The notes beneath the pieces were generated by a model that did no database searches, was not told the origin of the DNA, and saw nothing but the letters and a program-made list of their open reading frames with translations. From positions 243,164,001 through 243,228,000 of the forward strand of contig OZ024743.1 of the NCBI GenBank assembly GCA_964016885.1: 64,000 bases of DNA, written 5' to 3'. Below are positions 28,654 to 42,500 of this stretch, piece by piece. Every line of letters starts with the position of its first letter. The stretch's first letter is position 1. Position numbers and translations under genes: made by a program. The DNA is from Eledone cirrhosa (Eukaryota).

Positions 28654-31600
28654 CTGAACCAATCAAAATGGTTTGGTATAATTGTAGTAGCCACAGCTGT
28701 ACCAACCAAAATGGTTTGGTATAATTGTAGTAGACACAGCTGTTCTAACCAAAATGGTTTGGTATAATTGTAGTAGACACAGCTGTACCAACCAAAATAG
28801 TTTGGTATAATTGTAGTAGACACAAGGCACTTTATCAACCAAAATGGTTTGGTATAATTGTAGTAGACACAGCTGTACCAACCAAAATGGTTTAGTAATA
28901 TTGTAGTAGACACAGCTGTACCAACCAAAATGATTTGGTATAATTGTAGTAGACACAGCTGTACCAACCAAAATGGTTTGGTATAATTGTAGTAGACACA
29001 GCTGTTCTAACCAAAATGGTTTGGTATAATTGTAGTAGACACAGCTGTACCAACCAAAATAGTTTGGTATAATTGTAGTAGACACAAGGCACTTTATCAA
29101 CCAAAATGGTTTGGTATAATTGTAGTAGACACAGCTGTACCAACCAAAATGGTTTAGTAATATTGTAGTAGACACAGCTGTACCAACCAAAATGATTTGG
29201 TTTAATTGTAGTAGACACAGCTGTACCAACCAAAATGGTTTGTTATAATTGTAGTAGACACAGCTGTACCAACCAAAATGGTTTGGTATAATTGTAGTAG
29301 ACACAGCTGTACCAACCAAAATGGTTTGGTATAATTGTAGTAGCCACAGCTGTACCAACTAAAATGCTTTGGTATAATTGTAGTAGACACAGCTGTACCA
29401 ACCAAAATTGTTTGGTATAATTGTAGTAGACACAGCTGTACCAACCAAAATGGTTTGGTATAATTGTAGTAGCCACAGCTGTACCAACCAAAATGGTTTG
29501 GTATAATTGTAGTAGCCACAGCTGTACCAACTAAAATGCTTTGGTATAATTGTAGTAGACACAGCTGTACCAACTAAAATGGTTTGGTATAATTTTAGTA
29601 GCCACAGCTGTACCAACCAAAATGGTTTGGTATAATTGTAGTAGACACAGCTGTACCAAACAAAATGGTTTGGTGTAATTGTAGTAGACACAGAACTGTA
29701 CCAACCAAAATTGTTTGGTATAATTGTAGTAGCCACAGCTGTACCAACCAAAATGGTTTGGTATAATTGTAGTAGACACAAGGCACTTTATCAACCAAAA
29801 TGGTTTGGTATAATTGTAGTAGACACAACTGTACCAACCAAAATGGTTTAGTAATATTGTAGTAGACACAGATCTGTACCAACCAAAATGATTTGGTATA
29901 ATTGTAGTAGACACAGCTGTACCAACCAAAATGGTTTGGTATAATTGTAGTAAACACAGCTGTACCACCCAAAATGGTTTGGTTTAATTGTAGTAGACAC
30001 AGCTGTACCAACCAAAATGGTTTGGTATAATTGTAGTAGACACAGCTGTACCAACCAAAATGGTTTGGTATAATTGTAGTAGACACAGCTGTACCAACCA
30101 AAGTGGTTTGGTATAATTGTAGTAGACACAGCTGTACCAACCAAAATGGTTTGGTATAATTTTAGTAGCCACAGCTGTACCAACTAAAATGCTTTGGTAT
30201 AATTGTAGTAGACACAGCTGTACCAACCAAAATGGTTTGGTATAATTGTAGTAGACACAGCTGTACCAACCAAAATGGTTTGGTATAATTGTAGTAGCCA
30301 CAGCTGTACCAACCAAAATGGTTTGGTATAATTGTAGTAGCCACAGCTGTACCAACAGAAATGGTTTGATATAATTGTAGTAGACACAACTGTACCAACC
30401 AAAATGGTTTGGTATAATTGTAGTAGCCACAGCTGTACCAACCAAAATGGTTTGGTATAATTGTAGTAGCCACAGCTGTACCAACCAAAATGGTTTGGTA
30501 TAATTGTAGTGGACACAGCTGTACCAACCAAAATGGTTTGGTATAATTGTAGTAGACACAGCTGTACCAACCAAAATGGTTTGGTATAATTGTAGTAGAC
30601 ACAGCTGTACGAAACAAAATGGTTTGGTATGTTTGTAGTAGACACAGCTGTACCAACCAAAATGGTTTGGTATAATTGTGGTAGACACAGCTGTACCAAC
30701 CAAAATTGTTTGGTATAATTGTAGTAGAAACAGCTGTACCAACCAAAATGGTTTGGTATAATTTTAGTAGCCACAGCTGTACCAACTAAAATGCTTTGTT
30801 ATAATTGTAGTAGACACAGCTGTACCAACCAAAATGGTTTGGTATAATTGTAGTAGACACAGCTGTACCAAATAAAATGGTTTGGTATAATTGTAGTAGC
30901 CACAGCTGTACCAACCAAAATGGTTTGGTATAATTGTAGTAGACACAGCTGTACCAACCAAAATGGTTTGGTATAATTGTAGTAGACACAGAACTGTACC
31001 AAACAAAATGGTTTGGTATAATTGTAGTAGCCACAGCTGTACCAACCAAAATGGTTTGGTATACTTGTAGTAGACACAGCTGTACCAACCAAAATGGTTT
31101 GGTATAATTGTAGTAGACACAGAACTGTACCAACCAAAATGGTTTGGTATAATTGTAGTAGCCACAGCTGTACCAACCAAAATGGTTTGGTATAATTGTA
31201 GTAGACACAGCTGTACCAACCAAAATGGTTTGGTATAATTGTAGTAGACACAGCTGTACAAACCAAAATGGTTTGGTATAATTGTAGTAGACACAGCTGT
31301 ACCAACTAAAATTGTGTGGTATAAATTTAGTAGCCACAGCTGTACCATCCAAAATGGTTTGGTATAATCGTAGTAGCCACAGCTGTACCAACCAAAATGG
31401 TTTGGTATAATTGTAGTAGACACAGCTGTACCAACCAAAATGGTTTGGTATAATTGTAGTAGCCACAGCTGTACCAACCAAAATGGTTTGGTATAATTGT
31501 AGTAGACACAGCTGAGCCAACCAAAATGGTTTGGTATAATTGTAGTAGACACAGCTGTACCAACCAAAATGGTTTGGTATAATTGTAGTAGACACAAGGC

Positions 31601-34600
31601 ACTGTATCAACACAAATGGTTTGGTATAATTGTAGTAGACACAGCTGTACCAACCAAAATGGTTTAGTAATATTGTAGTAGACACAGAACTGTACCAACT
31701 AAAATGATTTGGTATAATTGTAGTAGACACAGAACTGTACCAACCAAAATGGTTTGGTATAATTGTAGTAGACACAGCTGTACCAACCAAAATGGTCTGG
31801 TATAATCGTAGTAGACACAGCTGTACCAACCAGAATGGTTTGGTATAATTGTAGTAGACACAGCTGTACCAACCAAAATGGTTTGGTATAATTGTAGTAG
31901 ACACAGCTGTACCAACCAAAATGGTTTGGTATAATTTTAGTAGCCACAGCTGTACCAACTAAAATGCTTTGGTATAATTGTAGTAGACACAGCTGTACCA
32001 ACCAAAATGGTTTGGTATAATTGTAGTAGACACAGCTGTACCAACTAAAATGCTTTGGTATAATTGTAGTAGACACAGCTGTACCAACCAAAATGGTTTG
32101 GTATAATTGTAGTAGACACAGCTGTACCAACCAAAATGGTTTGGTATAATTGTAGTAGCCACAGCTGTACCAACCAAAATGGTTTGGTATAATTGTAGTA
32201 GCCACAGCTGTACCAACGAAAATGGTTTGGTATAATTGTAGTAGACACAACTGTACCAACCAAAATGGTTTGGTATAATTGTAGAAGCCACAGCTGTACC
32301 AACCAAGATGGTTTGGTATAATTGTAGTAAACACAGCTGTACCAACCAAAATGGTTTGGTATAATTGTAGTAGACACAGCTGTACCAACCAAAATGGTTT
32401 GTTATAATTTTAGTAGCCACAGCTGTACCAACCAAAATGGTTTGGTATAATTATAGTAGACACAGCTGTACCAACCAAAATGGTTTGGTATAATTGTAGT
32501 AGACACAGAACTGTACCAACCAAAATGGTTTGGTATAATTGTAGTAGCCACAGCTGTACCAACCAAAATGGTTTGGTATAATTGTAGTAGACACAGCTGT
32601 ACCAACCAAAATGGTTTGGTATAATTGTAGTAGACACAGAACTGTACCAACCAAAATGGTTTGGTATAATTTTAGTAGACACAGCTGTACCAACCAAAAT
32701 GGTTTTGTATAATTGTAGTAGACACAGAACTGAACCAATCAAAATGGTTTGGTATAATTGTAGTAGCCACAGCTGTACCAACCAAAATGGTTTGGTATAA
32801 TTGTAGTAGACACAGCTGTTCTAACCAAAATGGTTTGGTATAATTGTAGTAGACACAGCTGTACCAACCAAAATAGTTTGGTATAATTGTAGTAGACACA
32901 AGGCACTTTATCAACCAAAATGGTTTGGTATAATTGTAGTAGACACAGCTGTACCAACCAAAATGGTTTAGTAATATTGTAGTAGACACAGCTGTACCAA
33001 CCAAAATGATTTGGTATAATTGTAGTAGACACAGCTGTACCAACCAAAATGGTTTGGTATAATTGTAGTAGACACAGCTGTTCTAACCAAAATGGTTTGG
33101 TATAATTGTAGTAGACACAGCTGTACCAACCAAAATAGTTTGGTATAATTGTAGTAGACACAAGGCACTTTATCAACCAAAATGGTTTGGTATAATTGTA
33201 GTAGACACAGCTGTACCAACCAAAATGGTTTAGTAATATTGTAGTAGACACAGCTGTACCAACCAAAATGATTTGGTATAATTGTAGTAGACACAGCTGT
33301 ACCAACCAAAATGGTTTGTTATAATTGTAGTAGACACAGCTGTACCAACCAAAATGGTTTGGTATAATTGTAGTAGACACAGCTGTACCAACCAAAATGG
33401 TTTGGTATAATTGTAGTAGCCACAGCTGTACCAACTAAAATGCTTTGGTATAATTGTAGTAGACACAGCTGTACCAACCAAAATTGTTTGGTATAATTGT
33501 AGTAGACACAGCTGTACCAACCAAAATGGTTTGGTATAATTGTAGTAGCCACAGCTGTACCAACCAAAATGGTTTGGTATAATTGTAGTAGCCACAGCTG
33601 TACCAACTAAAATGCTTTGGTATAATTGTAGTAGACACAGCTGTACCAACTAAAATGGTTTGGTATAATTTTAGTAGCCACAGCTGTACCAACCAAAATG
33701 GTTTGGTATAATTGTAGTAGACACAGCTGTACCAAACAAAATGGTTTGGTGTAATTGTAGTAGACACAGAACTGTACCAACCAAAATTGTTTGGTATAAT
33801 TGTAGTAGCCACAGCTGTACCAACCAAAATGGTTTGGTATAATTGTAGTAGACACAAGGCACTTTATCAACCAAAATGGTTTGGTATAATTGTAGTAGAC
33901 ACAACTGTACCAACCAAAATGGTTTAGTAATATTGTAGTAGACACAGATCTGTACCAACCAAAATGATTTGGTATAATTGTAGTAGACACAGCTGTACCA
34001 ACCAAAATGGTTTGGTATAATTGTAGTAAACACAGCTGTACCACCCAAAATGGTTTGGTTTAATTGTAGTAGACACAGCTGTACCAACCAAAATGGTTTG
34101 GTATAATTGTAGTAGACACAGCTGAACCAATCAAAATGGTTTGGTATAATTGTAGTAGCCACAGCTGTACCAACCAAAATGGTTTGGTATAATTGTAGTA
34201 GACACAGCTGTTCTAACCAAAATGGTTTGGTATAATTGTAGTAGACACAGCTGTACCAACCAAAATAGTTTGGTATAATTGTAGTAGACACAAGGCACTT
34301 TATCAACCAAAATGGTTTGGTATAATTGTAGTAGACACAGCTGTACCAACCAAAATGGTTTAGTAATATTGTAGTAGACACAGCTGTACCAACCAAAATG
34401 ATTTGGTATAATTGTAGTAGACACAGCTGTACCAACCAAAATGGTTTGGTATAATTGTAGTAGACACAGCTGTTCTAACCAAAATGGTTTGGTATAATTG
34501 TAGTAGACACAGCTGTACCAACCAAAATAGTTTGGTATAATTGTAGTAGACACAAGGCACTTTATCAACCAAAATGGTTTGGTATAATTGTAGTAGACAC

Positions 34601-37600
34601 AGCTGTACCAACCAAAATGGTTTAGTAATATTGTAGTAGACACAGCTGTACCAACCAAAATGATTTGGTTTAATTGTAGTAGACACAGCTGTACCAACCA
34701 AAATGGTTTGTTATAATTGTAGTAGACACAGCTGTACCAACCAAAATGGTTTGGTATAATTGTAGTAGACACAGCTGTACCAACCAAAATGGTTTGGTAT
34801 AATTGTAGTAGCCACAGCTGTACCAACTAAAATGCTTTGGTATAATTGTAGTAGACACAGCTGTACCAACCAAAATTGTTTGGTATAATTGTAGTAGACA
34901 CAGCTGTACCAACCAAAATGGTTTGGTATAATTGTAGTAGCCACAGCTGTACCAACCAAAATGGTTTGGTATAATTGTAGTAGCCACAGCTGTACCAACT
35001 AAAATGCTTTGGTATAATTGTAGTAGACACAGCTGTACCAACTAAAATGGTTTGGTATAATTTTAGTAGCCACAGCTGTACCAACCAAAATGGTTTGGTA
35101 TAATTGTAGTAGACACAGCTGTACCAAACAAAATGGTTTGGTGTAATTGTAGTAGACACAGAACTGTACCAACCAAAATTGTTTGGTATAATTGTAGTAG
35201 CCACAGCTGTACCAACCAAAATGGTTTGGTATAATTGTAGTAGACACAAGGCACTTTATCAACCAAAATGGTTTGGTATAATTGTAGTAGACACAACTGT
35301 ACCAACCAAAATGGTTTAGTAATATTGTAGTAGACACAGATCTGTACCAACCAAAATGATTTGGTATAATTGTAGTAGACACAGCTGTACCAACCAAAAT
35401 GGTTTGGTATAATTGTAGTAAACACAGCTGTACCACCCAAAATGGTTTGGTTTAATTGTAGTAGACACAGCTGTACCAACCAAAATGGTTTGGTATAATT
35501 GTAGTAGACACAGCTGTACCAACCAAAATGGTTTGGTATAATTGTAGTAGACACAGCTGTACCAACCAAAGTGGTTTGGTATAATTGTAGTAGACACAGC
35601 TGTACCAACCAAAATGGTTTGGTATAATTTTAGTAGCCACAGCTGTACCAACTAAAATGCTTTGGTATAATTGTAGTAGACACAGCTGTACCAACCAAAA
35701 TGGTTTGGTATAATTGTAGTAGACACAGCTGTACCAACCAAAATGGTTTGGTATAATTGTAGTAGCCACAGCTGTACCAACCAAAATGGTTTGGTATAAT
35801 TGTAGTAGCCACAGCTGTACCAACAGAAATGGTTTGATATAATTGTAGTAGACACAACTGTACCAACCAAAATGGTTTGGTATAATTGTAGTAGCCACAG
35901 CTGTACCAACCAAAATGGTTTGGTATAATTGTAGTAGCCACAGCTGTACCAACCAAAATGGTTTGGTATAATTGTAGTGGACACAGCTGTACCAACCAAA
36001 ATGGTTTGGTATAATTGTAGTAGACACAGCTGTACCAACCAAAATGGTTTGGTATAATTGTAGTAGACACAGCTGTACGAAACAAAATGGTTTGGTATGT
36101 TTGTAGTAGACACAGCTGTACCAACCAAAATGGTTTGGTATAATTGTGGTAGACACAGCTGTACCAACCAAAATTGTTTGGTATAATTGTAGTAGAAACA
36201 GCTGTACCAACCAAAATGGTTTGGTATAATTTTAGTAGCCACAGCTGTACCAACTAAAATGCTTTGTTATAATTGTAGTAGACACAGCTGTACCAACCAA
36301 AATGGTTTGGTATAATTGTAGTAGACACAGCTGTACCAAATAAAATGGTTTGGTATAATTGTAGTAGCCACAGCTGTACCAACCAAAATGGTTTGGTATA
36401 ATTGTAGTAGACACAGCTGTACCAACCAAAATGGTTTGGTATAATTGTAGTAGACACAGAACTGTACCAAACAAAATGGTTTGGTATAATTGTAGTAGCC
36501 ACAGCTGTACCAACCAAAATGGTTTGGTATACTTGTAGTAGACACAGCTGTACCAACCAAAATGGTTTGGTATAATTGTAGTAGACACAGAACTGTACCA
36601 ACCAAAATGGTTTGGTATAATTGTAGTAGCCACAGCTGTACCAACCAAAATGGTTTGGTATAATTGTAGTAGACACAGCTGTACCAACCAAAATGGTTTG
36701 GTATAATTGTAGTAGACACAGCTGTACAAACCAAAATGGTTTGGTATAATTGTAGTAGACACAGCTGTACCAACTAAAATTGTGTGGTATAAATTTAGTA
36801 GCCACAGCTGTACCATCCAAAATGGTTTGGTATAATCGTAGTAGCCACAGCTGTACCAACCAAAATGGTTTGGTATAATTGTAGTAGACACAGCTGTACC
36901 AACCAAAATGGTTTGGTATAATTGTAGTAGCCACAGCTGTACCAACCAAAATGGTTTGGTATAATTGTAGTAGACACAGCTGAGCCAACCAAAATGGTTT
37001 GGTATAATTGTAGTAGACACAGCTGTACCAACCAAAATGGTTTGGTATAATTGTAGTAGACACAAGGCACTGTATCAACACAAATGGTTTGGTATAATTG
37101 TAGTAGACACAGCTGTACCAACCAAAATGGTTTAGTAATATTGTAGTAGACACAGAACTGTACCAACTAAAATGATTTGGTATAATTGTAGTAGACACAG
37201 AACTGTACCAACCAAAATGGTTTGGTATAATTGTAGTAGACACAGCTGTACCAACCAAAATGGTCTGGTATAATCGTAGTAGACACAGCTGTACCAACCA
37301 GAATGGTTTGGTATAATTGTAGTAGACACAGCTGTACCAACCAAAATGGTTTGGTATAATTGTAGTAGACACAGCTGTACCAACCAAAATGGTTTGGTAT
37401 AATTTTAGTAGCCACAGCTGTACCAACTAAAATGCTTTGGTATAATTGTAGTAGACACAGCTGTACCAACCAAAATGGTTTGGTATAATTGTAGTAGACA
37501 CAGCTGTACCAACTAAAATGCTTTGGTATAATTGTAGTAGACACAGCTGTACCAACCAAAATGGTTTGGTATAATTGTAGTAGACACAGCTGTACCAACC

Positions 37601-39590
37601 AAAATGGTTTGGTATAATTGTAGTAGCCACAGCTGTACCAACCAAAATGGTTTGGTATAATTGTAGTAGCCACAGCTGTACCAACGAAAATGGTTTGGTA
37701 TAATTGTAGTAGACACAACTGTACCAACCAAAATGGTTTGGTATAATTGTAGAAGCCACAGCTGTACCAACCAAGATGGTTTGGTATAATTGTAGTAAAC
37801 ACAGCTGTACCAACCAAAATGGTTTGGTATAATTGTAGTAGACACAGCTGTACCAACCAAAATGGTTTGTTATAATTTTAGTAGCCACAGCTGTACCAAC
37901 CAAAATGGTTTGGTATAATTATAGTAGACACAGCTGTACCAACCAAAATGGTTTGGTATAATTGTAGTAGACACAGAACTGTACCAACCAAAATGGTTTG
38001 GTATAATTGTAGTAGCCACAGCTGTACCAACCAAAATGGTTTGGTATAATTGTAGTAGACACAGCTGTACCAACCAAAATGGTTTGGTATAATTGTAGTA
38101 GACACAGAACTGTACCAACCAAAATGGTTTGGTATAATTTTAGTAGACACAGCTGTACCAACCAAAATGGTTTTGTATAATTGTAGTAGACACAGAACTG
38201 AACCAATCAAAATGGTTTGGTATAATTGTAGTAGCCACAGCTGTACCAACCAAAATGGTTTGGTATAATTGTAGTAGACACAGCTGTTCTAACCAAAATG
38301 GTTTGGTATAATTGTAGTAGACACAGCTGTACCAACCAAAATAGTTTGGTATAATTGTAGTAGACACAAGGCACTTTATCAACCAAAATGGTTTGGTATA
38401 ATTGTAGTAGACACAGCTGTACCAACCAAAATGGTTTAGTAATATTGTAGTAGACACAGCTGTACCAACCAAAATGATTTGGTATAATTGTAGTAGACAC
38501 AGCTGTACCAACCAAAATGGTTTGGTATAATTGTAGTAGACACAGCTGTTCTAACCAAAATGGTTTGGTATAATTGTAGTAGACACAGCTGTACCAACCA
38601 AAATAGTTTGGTATAATTGTAGTAGACACAAGGCACTTTATCAACCAAAATGGTTTGGTATAATTGTAGTAGACACAGCTGTACCAACCAAAATGGTTTA
38701 GTAATATTGTAGTAGACACAGCTGTACCAACCAAAATGATTTGGTATAATTGTAGTAGACACAGCTGTACCAACCAAAATGGTTTGTTATAATTGTAGTA
38801 GACACAGCTGTACCAACCAAAATGGTTTGGTATAATTGTAGTAGACACAGCTGTACCAACCAAAATGGTTTGGTATAATTGTAGTAGCCACAGCTGTACC
38901 AACTAAAATGCTTTGGTATAATTGTAGTAGACACAGCTGTACCAACCAAAATTGTTTGGTATAATTGTAGTAGACACAGCTGTACCAACCAAAATGGTTT
39001 GGTATAATTGTAGTAGCCACAGCTGTACCAACCAAAATGGTTTGGTATAATTGTAGTAGCCACAGCTGTACCAACTAAAATGCTTTGGTATAATTGTAGT
39101 AGACACAGCTGTACCAACTAAAATGGTTTGGTATAATTTTAGTAGCCACAGCTGTACCAACCAAAATGGTTTGGTATAATTGTAGTAGACACAGCTGTAC
39201 CAAACAAAATGGTTTGGTGTAATTGTAGTAGACACAGAACTGTACCAACCAAAATTGTTTGGTATAATTGTAGTAGCCACAGCTGTACCAACCAAAATGG
39301 TTTGGTATAATTGTAGTAGACACAAGGCACTTTATCAACCAAAATGGTTTGGTATAATTGTAGTAGACACAACTGTACCAACCAAAATGGTTTAGTAATA
39401 TTGTAGTAGACACAGATCTGTACCAACCAAAATGATTTGGTATAATTGTAGTAGACACAGCTGTACCAACCAAAATGGTTTGGTATAATTGTAGTAAACA
39501 CAGCTGTACCACCCAAAATGGTTTGGTTTAATTGTAGTAGACACAGCTGTACCAACCAAAATGGTTTGGTATAATTGTAGTAGACACAGC
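28654..39590. repeat. Near-identical tandem duplication, period 5468 bp (4076+1392)
   Basis: Identical ORFs at offset 5468 (28663/34131, 29984/35452, 30786/36254, 31699/37167, 32739/38207). The private variant GATTTGGTTTAATT occurs at ~29195 and ~34663. A chimeric junction monomer lies at 34111-34140. Confidence 0.92.
28700..29225. repeat. 262-bp hexamer (5x43 + 1x47) duplicated in tandem; the doublet recurs at ~32.8, 34.2, 38.3 and 45.8 kb, with a single copy at ~42.0 kb
   Basis: The marker TGTTCTAACC is at 28741 and 29003 (offset 262). Each is followed by AAAATAGTTTGG, AAGGCACTTTATC, TTTAGTAATATT and ATGATTTGG in the same order. Confidence 0.9.
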
Positions 39591-42500
39591 TGTACCAACC
39601 AAAATGGTTTGGTATAATTGTAGTAGACACAGCTGTACCAACCAAAATGGTTTGGTATAATTGTAGTAGACACAGCTGTACCAACCAAAATGGTTTGGTA
39701 TAATTTTAGTAGCCACAGCTGTACCAACTAAAATGCTTTGGTATAATTGTAGTAGACACAGCTGTACCAACCAAAATGGTTTGGTATAATTGTAGTAGAC
39801 ACAGCTGTACCAACCAAAATGGTTTGGTATAATTGTAGTAGCCACAGCTGTACCAACCAAAATGGTTTGGTATAATTGTAGTAGCCACAGCTGTACCAAC
39901 AGAAATGGTTTGATATAATTGTAGTAGACACAACTGTACCAACCAAAATGGTTTGGTATAATTGTAGTAGACACAGCTGTACCAACCAAAATGGTTTGGT
40001 ATAATTTTAGTAGCCACAGCTGTACCAACCAAAATGGTTTGTTATAATTGTAGAAGCCACAGCTGTACCAACCAAAATGGTTTGGTATAATTGTAGTAGA
40101 CACAGTTGTACCAACCAAAATGGTTTGGTATAATTGTAATAGCCACAGCTGTACCAACCAAAATGGTTTGGTATAATTGTAGTAGCCACAGCTGTACCAA
40201 CCAAAATGGTTTGGTATAATTGTAGTAGACACAGCTGTACCAACCAAAATGGTTTGGTATAATTGTAGTAGACACAAGGCACTGTATCAACCAAAATAGT
40301 TTGGTGTAATTTTAGTAGCCACAGCTGTACCAACTAAAATGCTTTGGTATAATTGTAGTAGACACAGCTGTACCAACCAAAATGGTTTGGTATAATTGTA
40401 GTAGACACAGCTGTACCAACCAAAATGGTTTGGTATAATCGTAGTAAACACAGCTGTACCAATTAAAATGATTTGGTATAATTGTAGTAGACACAGAACT
40501 GTATCAACCAAAATGGTTTGGTATAATTGTAGTAGACACAGCTGTACCAACCAAAATGGTTTAGTAATATTGTAGTAGACACAGAACTGTACCAACTAAA
40601 ATGATTTGGTATAATTGTAGTAAACACAGAACTGTACCAACCAAAATGGTTTGGTATAATTGTAGTAGACACAGCTGTACCAACCAAAATGGTTTGGTAT
40701 AATTGTAGTAGACACAGCTGTACCAACCAAAATGGTTTGGTATAATTGTAGTAGACACAGCTGTACCAACCAAAATGGTTTGGTATAATTGTAGAAGACA
40801 CAGCTGTACCAACCAAAATGGTTTGTTATAATTGTAGTAGCCACAGCTGTACCAACCAAAATGGTTTGGTATAATTGTAGTAGACACAGCTGTACCAACC
40901 AAAATGGTTTGGTATAATTGTAGTAGACACAAGGCACTGTATCAACCAAAATGGTTTGGTATAATTTTAGTAGCCACAGCTGTACCAACTAAAATGCTTT
41001 GGTATAATTGTAGTAGACACAGCTGTACCAACCAAAATGGTTTTGTATAATTGTAGTAGATACAGCTGTACAAACTAAAATGGTTTGGTATAATTTTAGT
41101 AGCCACAGCTGTACCAACCAAAATAGTTTGGTATAATTGTAGTAGACACAGCTGTACCAACCAAAATGGTTTGGTATAATTGTAGTAGACACAGAACTGT
41201 ACCAACCAAAATGGTTTGGTATAATTGTAGTAGCCACAGCTGTACCAACCAAAATATTTTGGTATAATTGTAGTGGACACAGCTCTACCAACCAAAATGG
41301 TTTGGTATAATTGTAGTAGACACAGCTGTACAAACTAAAATGGTTTCGTATAATTTTGGTAGACACAGTTGTACCAACTAAAATGGTTTGGTATAATTTT
41401 AGTAGCCACAGCTGTACCAACCAAAATGGTTTAGTAATATTGTAGTAGACACAGAACTGTACCAACTAAAATGATTTGGTATAATTGTAGTAGACACAGA
41501 ACTGTACCAACATAAATGGTTTGGTATAATTGTAGTAGACACAGCTGTACCAACCAAAATGGTTTAGTAATATTGTAGTAGACACAGAACTGTACCAACC
41601 AAAATGGTTTGGTATAATTGTAGTAGACACAGCTGTACCAACCAAAATGGTTTGGTATAATTGTAGTAGACACAGCTGTACAAACCAAAATGGTTTGGTA
41701 TAATTGTAGTAGACACAGCTGTACCAACCAAAATGGTTTGGTATAATTGTAGTAGACTCAAGGCACTTTATCAACCAAAATGGTTTGGTATAATTGTAGT
41801 AGACACAGCTGTACCAACCAAAATGGTTTAGTAATATTGTAGTAGACACAGAACTGTACCAACCAAAATGATTTGGTATAATTGTAGTAGACACAGCTGT
41901 ACCAACCAAAATGGTTTGGTATAATTGTAGTAGACACAACTGTACCAACCAAGATGGTTTGGTATAATTGTAGTAGACACAGCTGTTCTAACCAAAATGG
42001 TTTGGTATAATTGTAGTAGACACAGCTGTACCAACCAAAATAGTTTGGTATAATTGTAGTAGACACAAGGCACTTTATCAACCAAAATGGTTTGGTATAA
42101 TTGTAGTAGACACAGCTGTACCAACCAAAATGGTTTAGTAATATTGTAGTAGACACAGCTGTACCAACCAAAATGATTTGGTATAATTGTAGTAGACACA
42201 GCTGTACCAACCAAAATGGTTTGTTATAATTGTAGTAGACACAGCTGTACCAACCAAAATGGTTTGGTATAATTGTAGTAGACACAGCTGTACCAACCAA
42301 AATGGTTTGGTATAATTGTAGTAGCCACAGCTGTACCAACTAAAATGCTTTGGTATAATTGTAGTAGACACAGCTGTACCAACCAAAATTGTTTGGTATA
42401 ATTGTAGTAGACACAGCTGTACCAACCAAAATGGTTTGGTATAATTGTAGTAGCCACAGCTGTACCAACCAAAATGGTTTGGTATAATTGTAGTAGCCAC

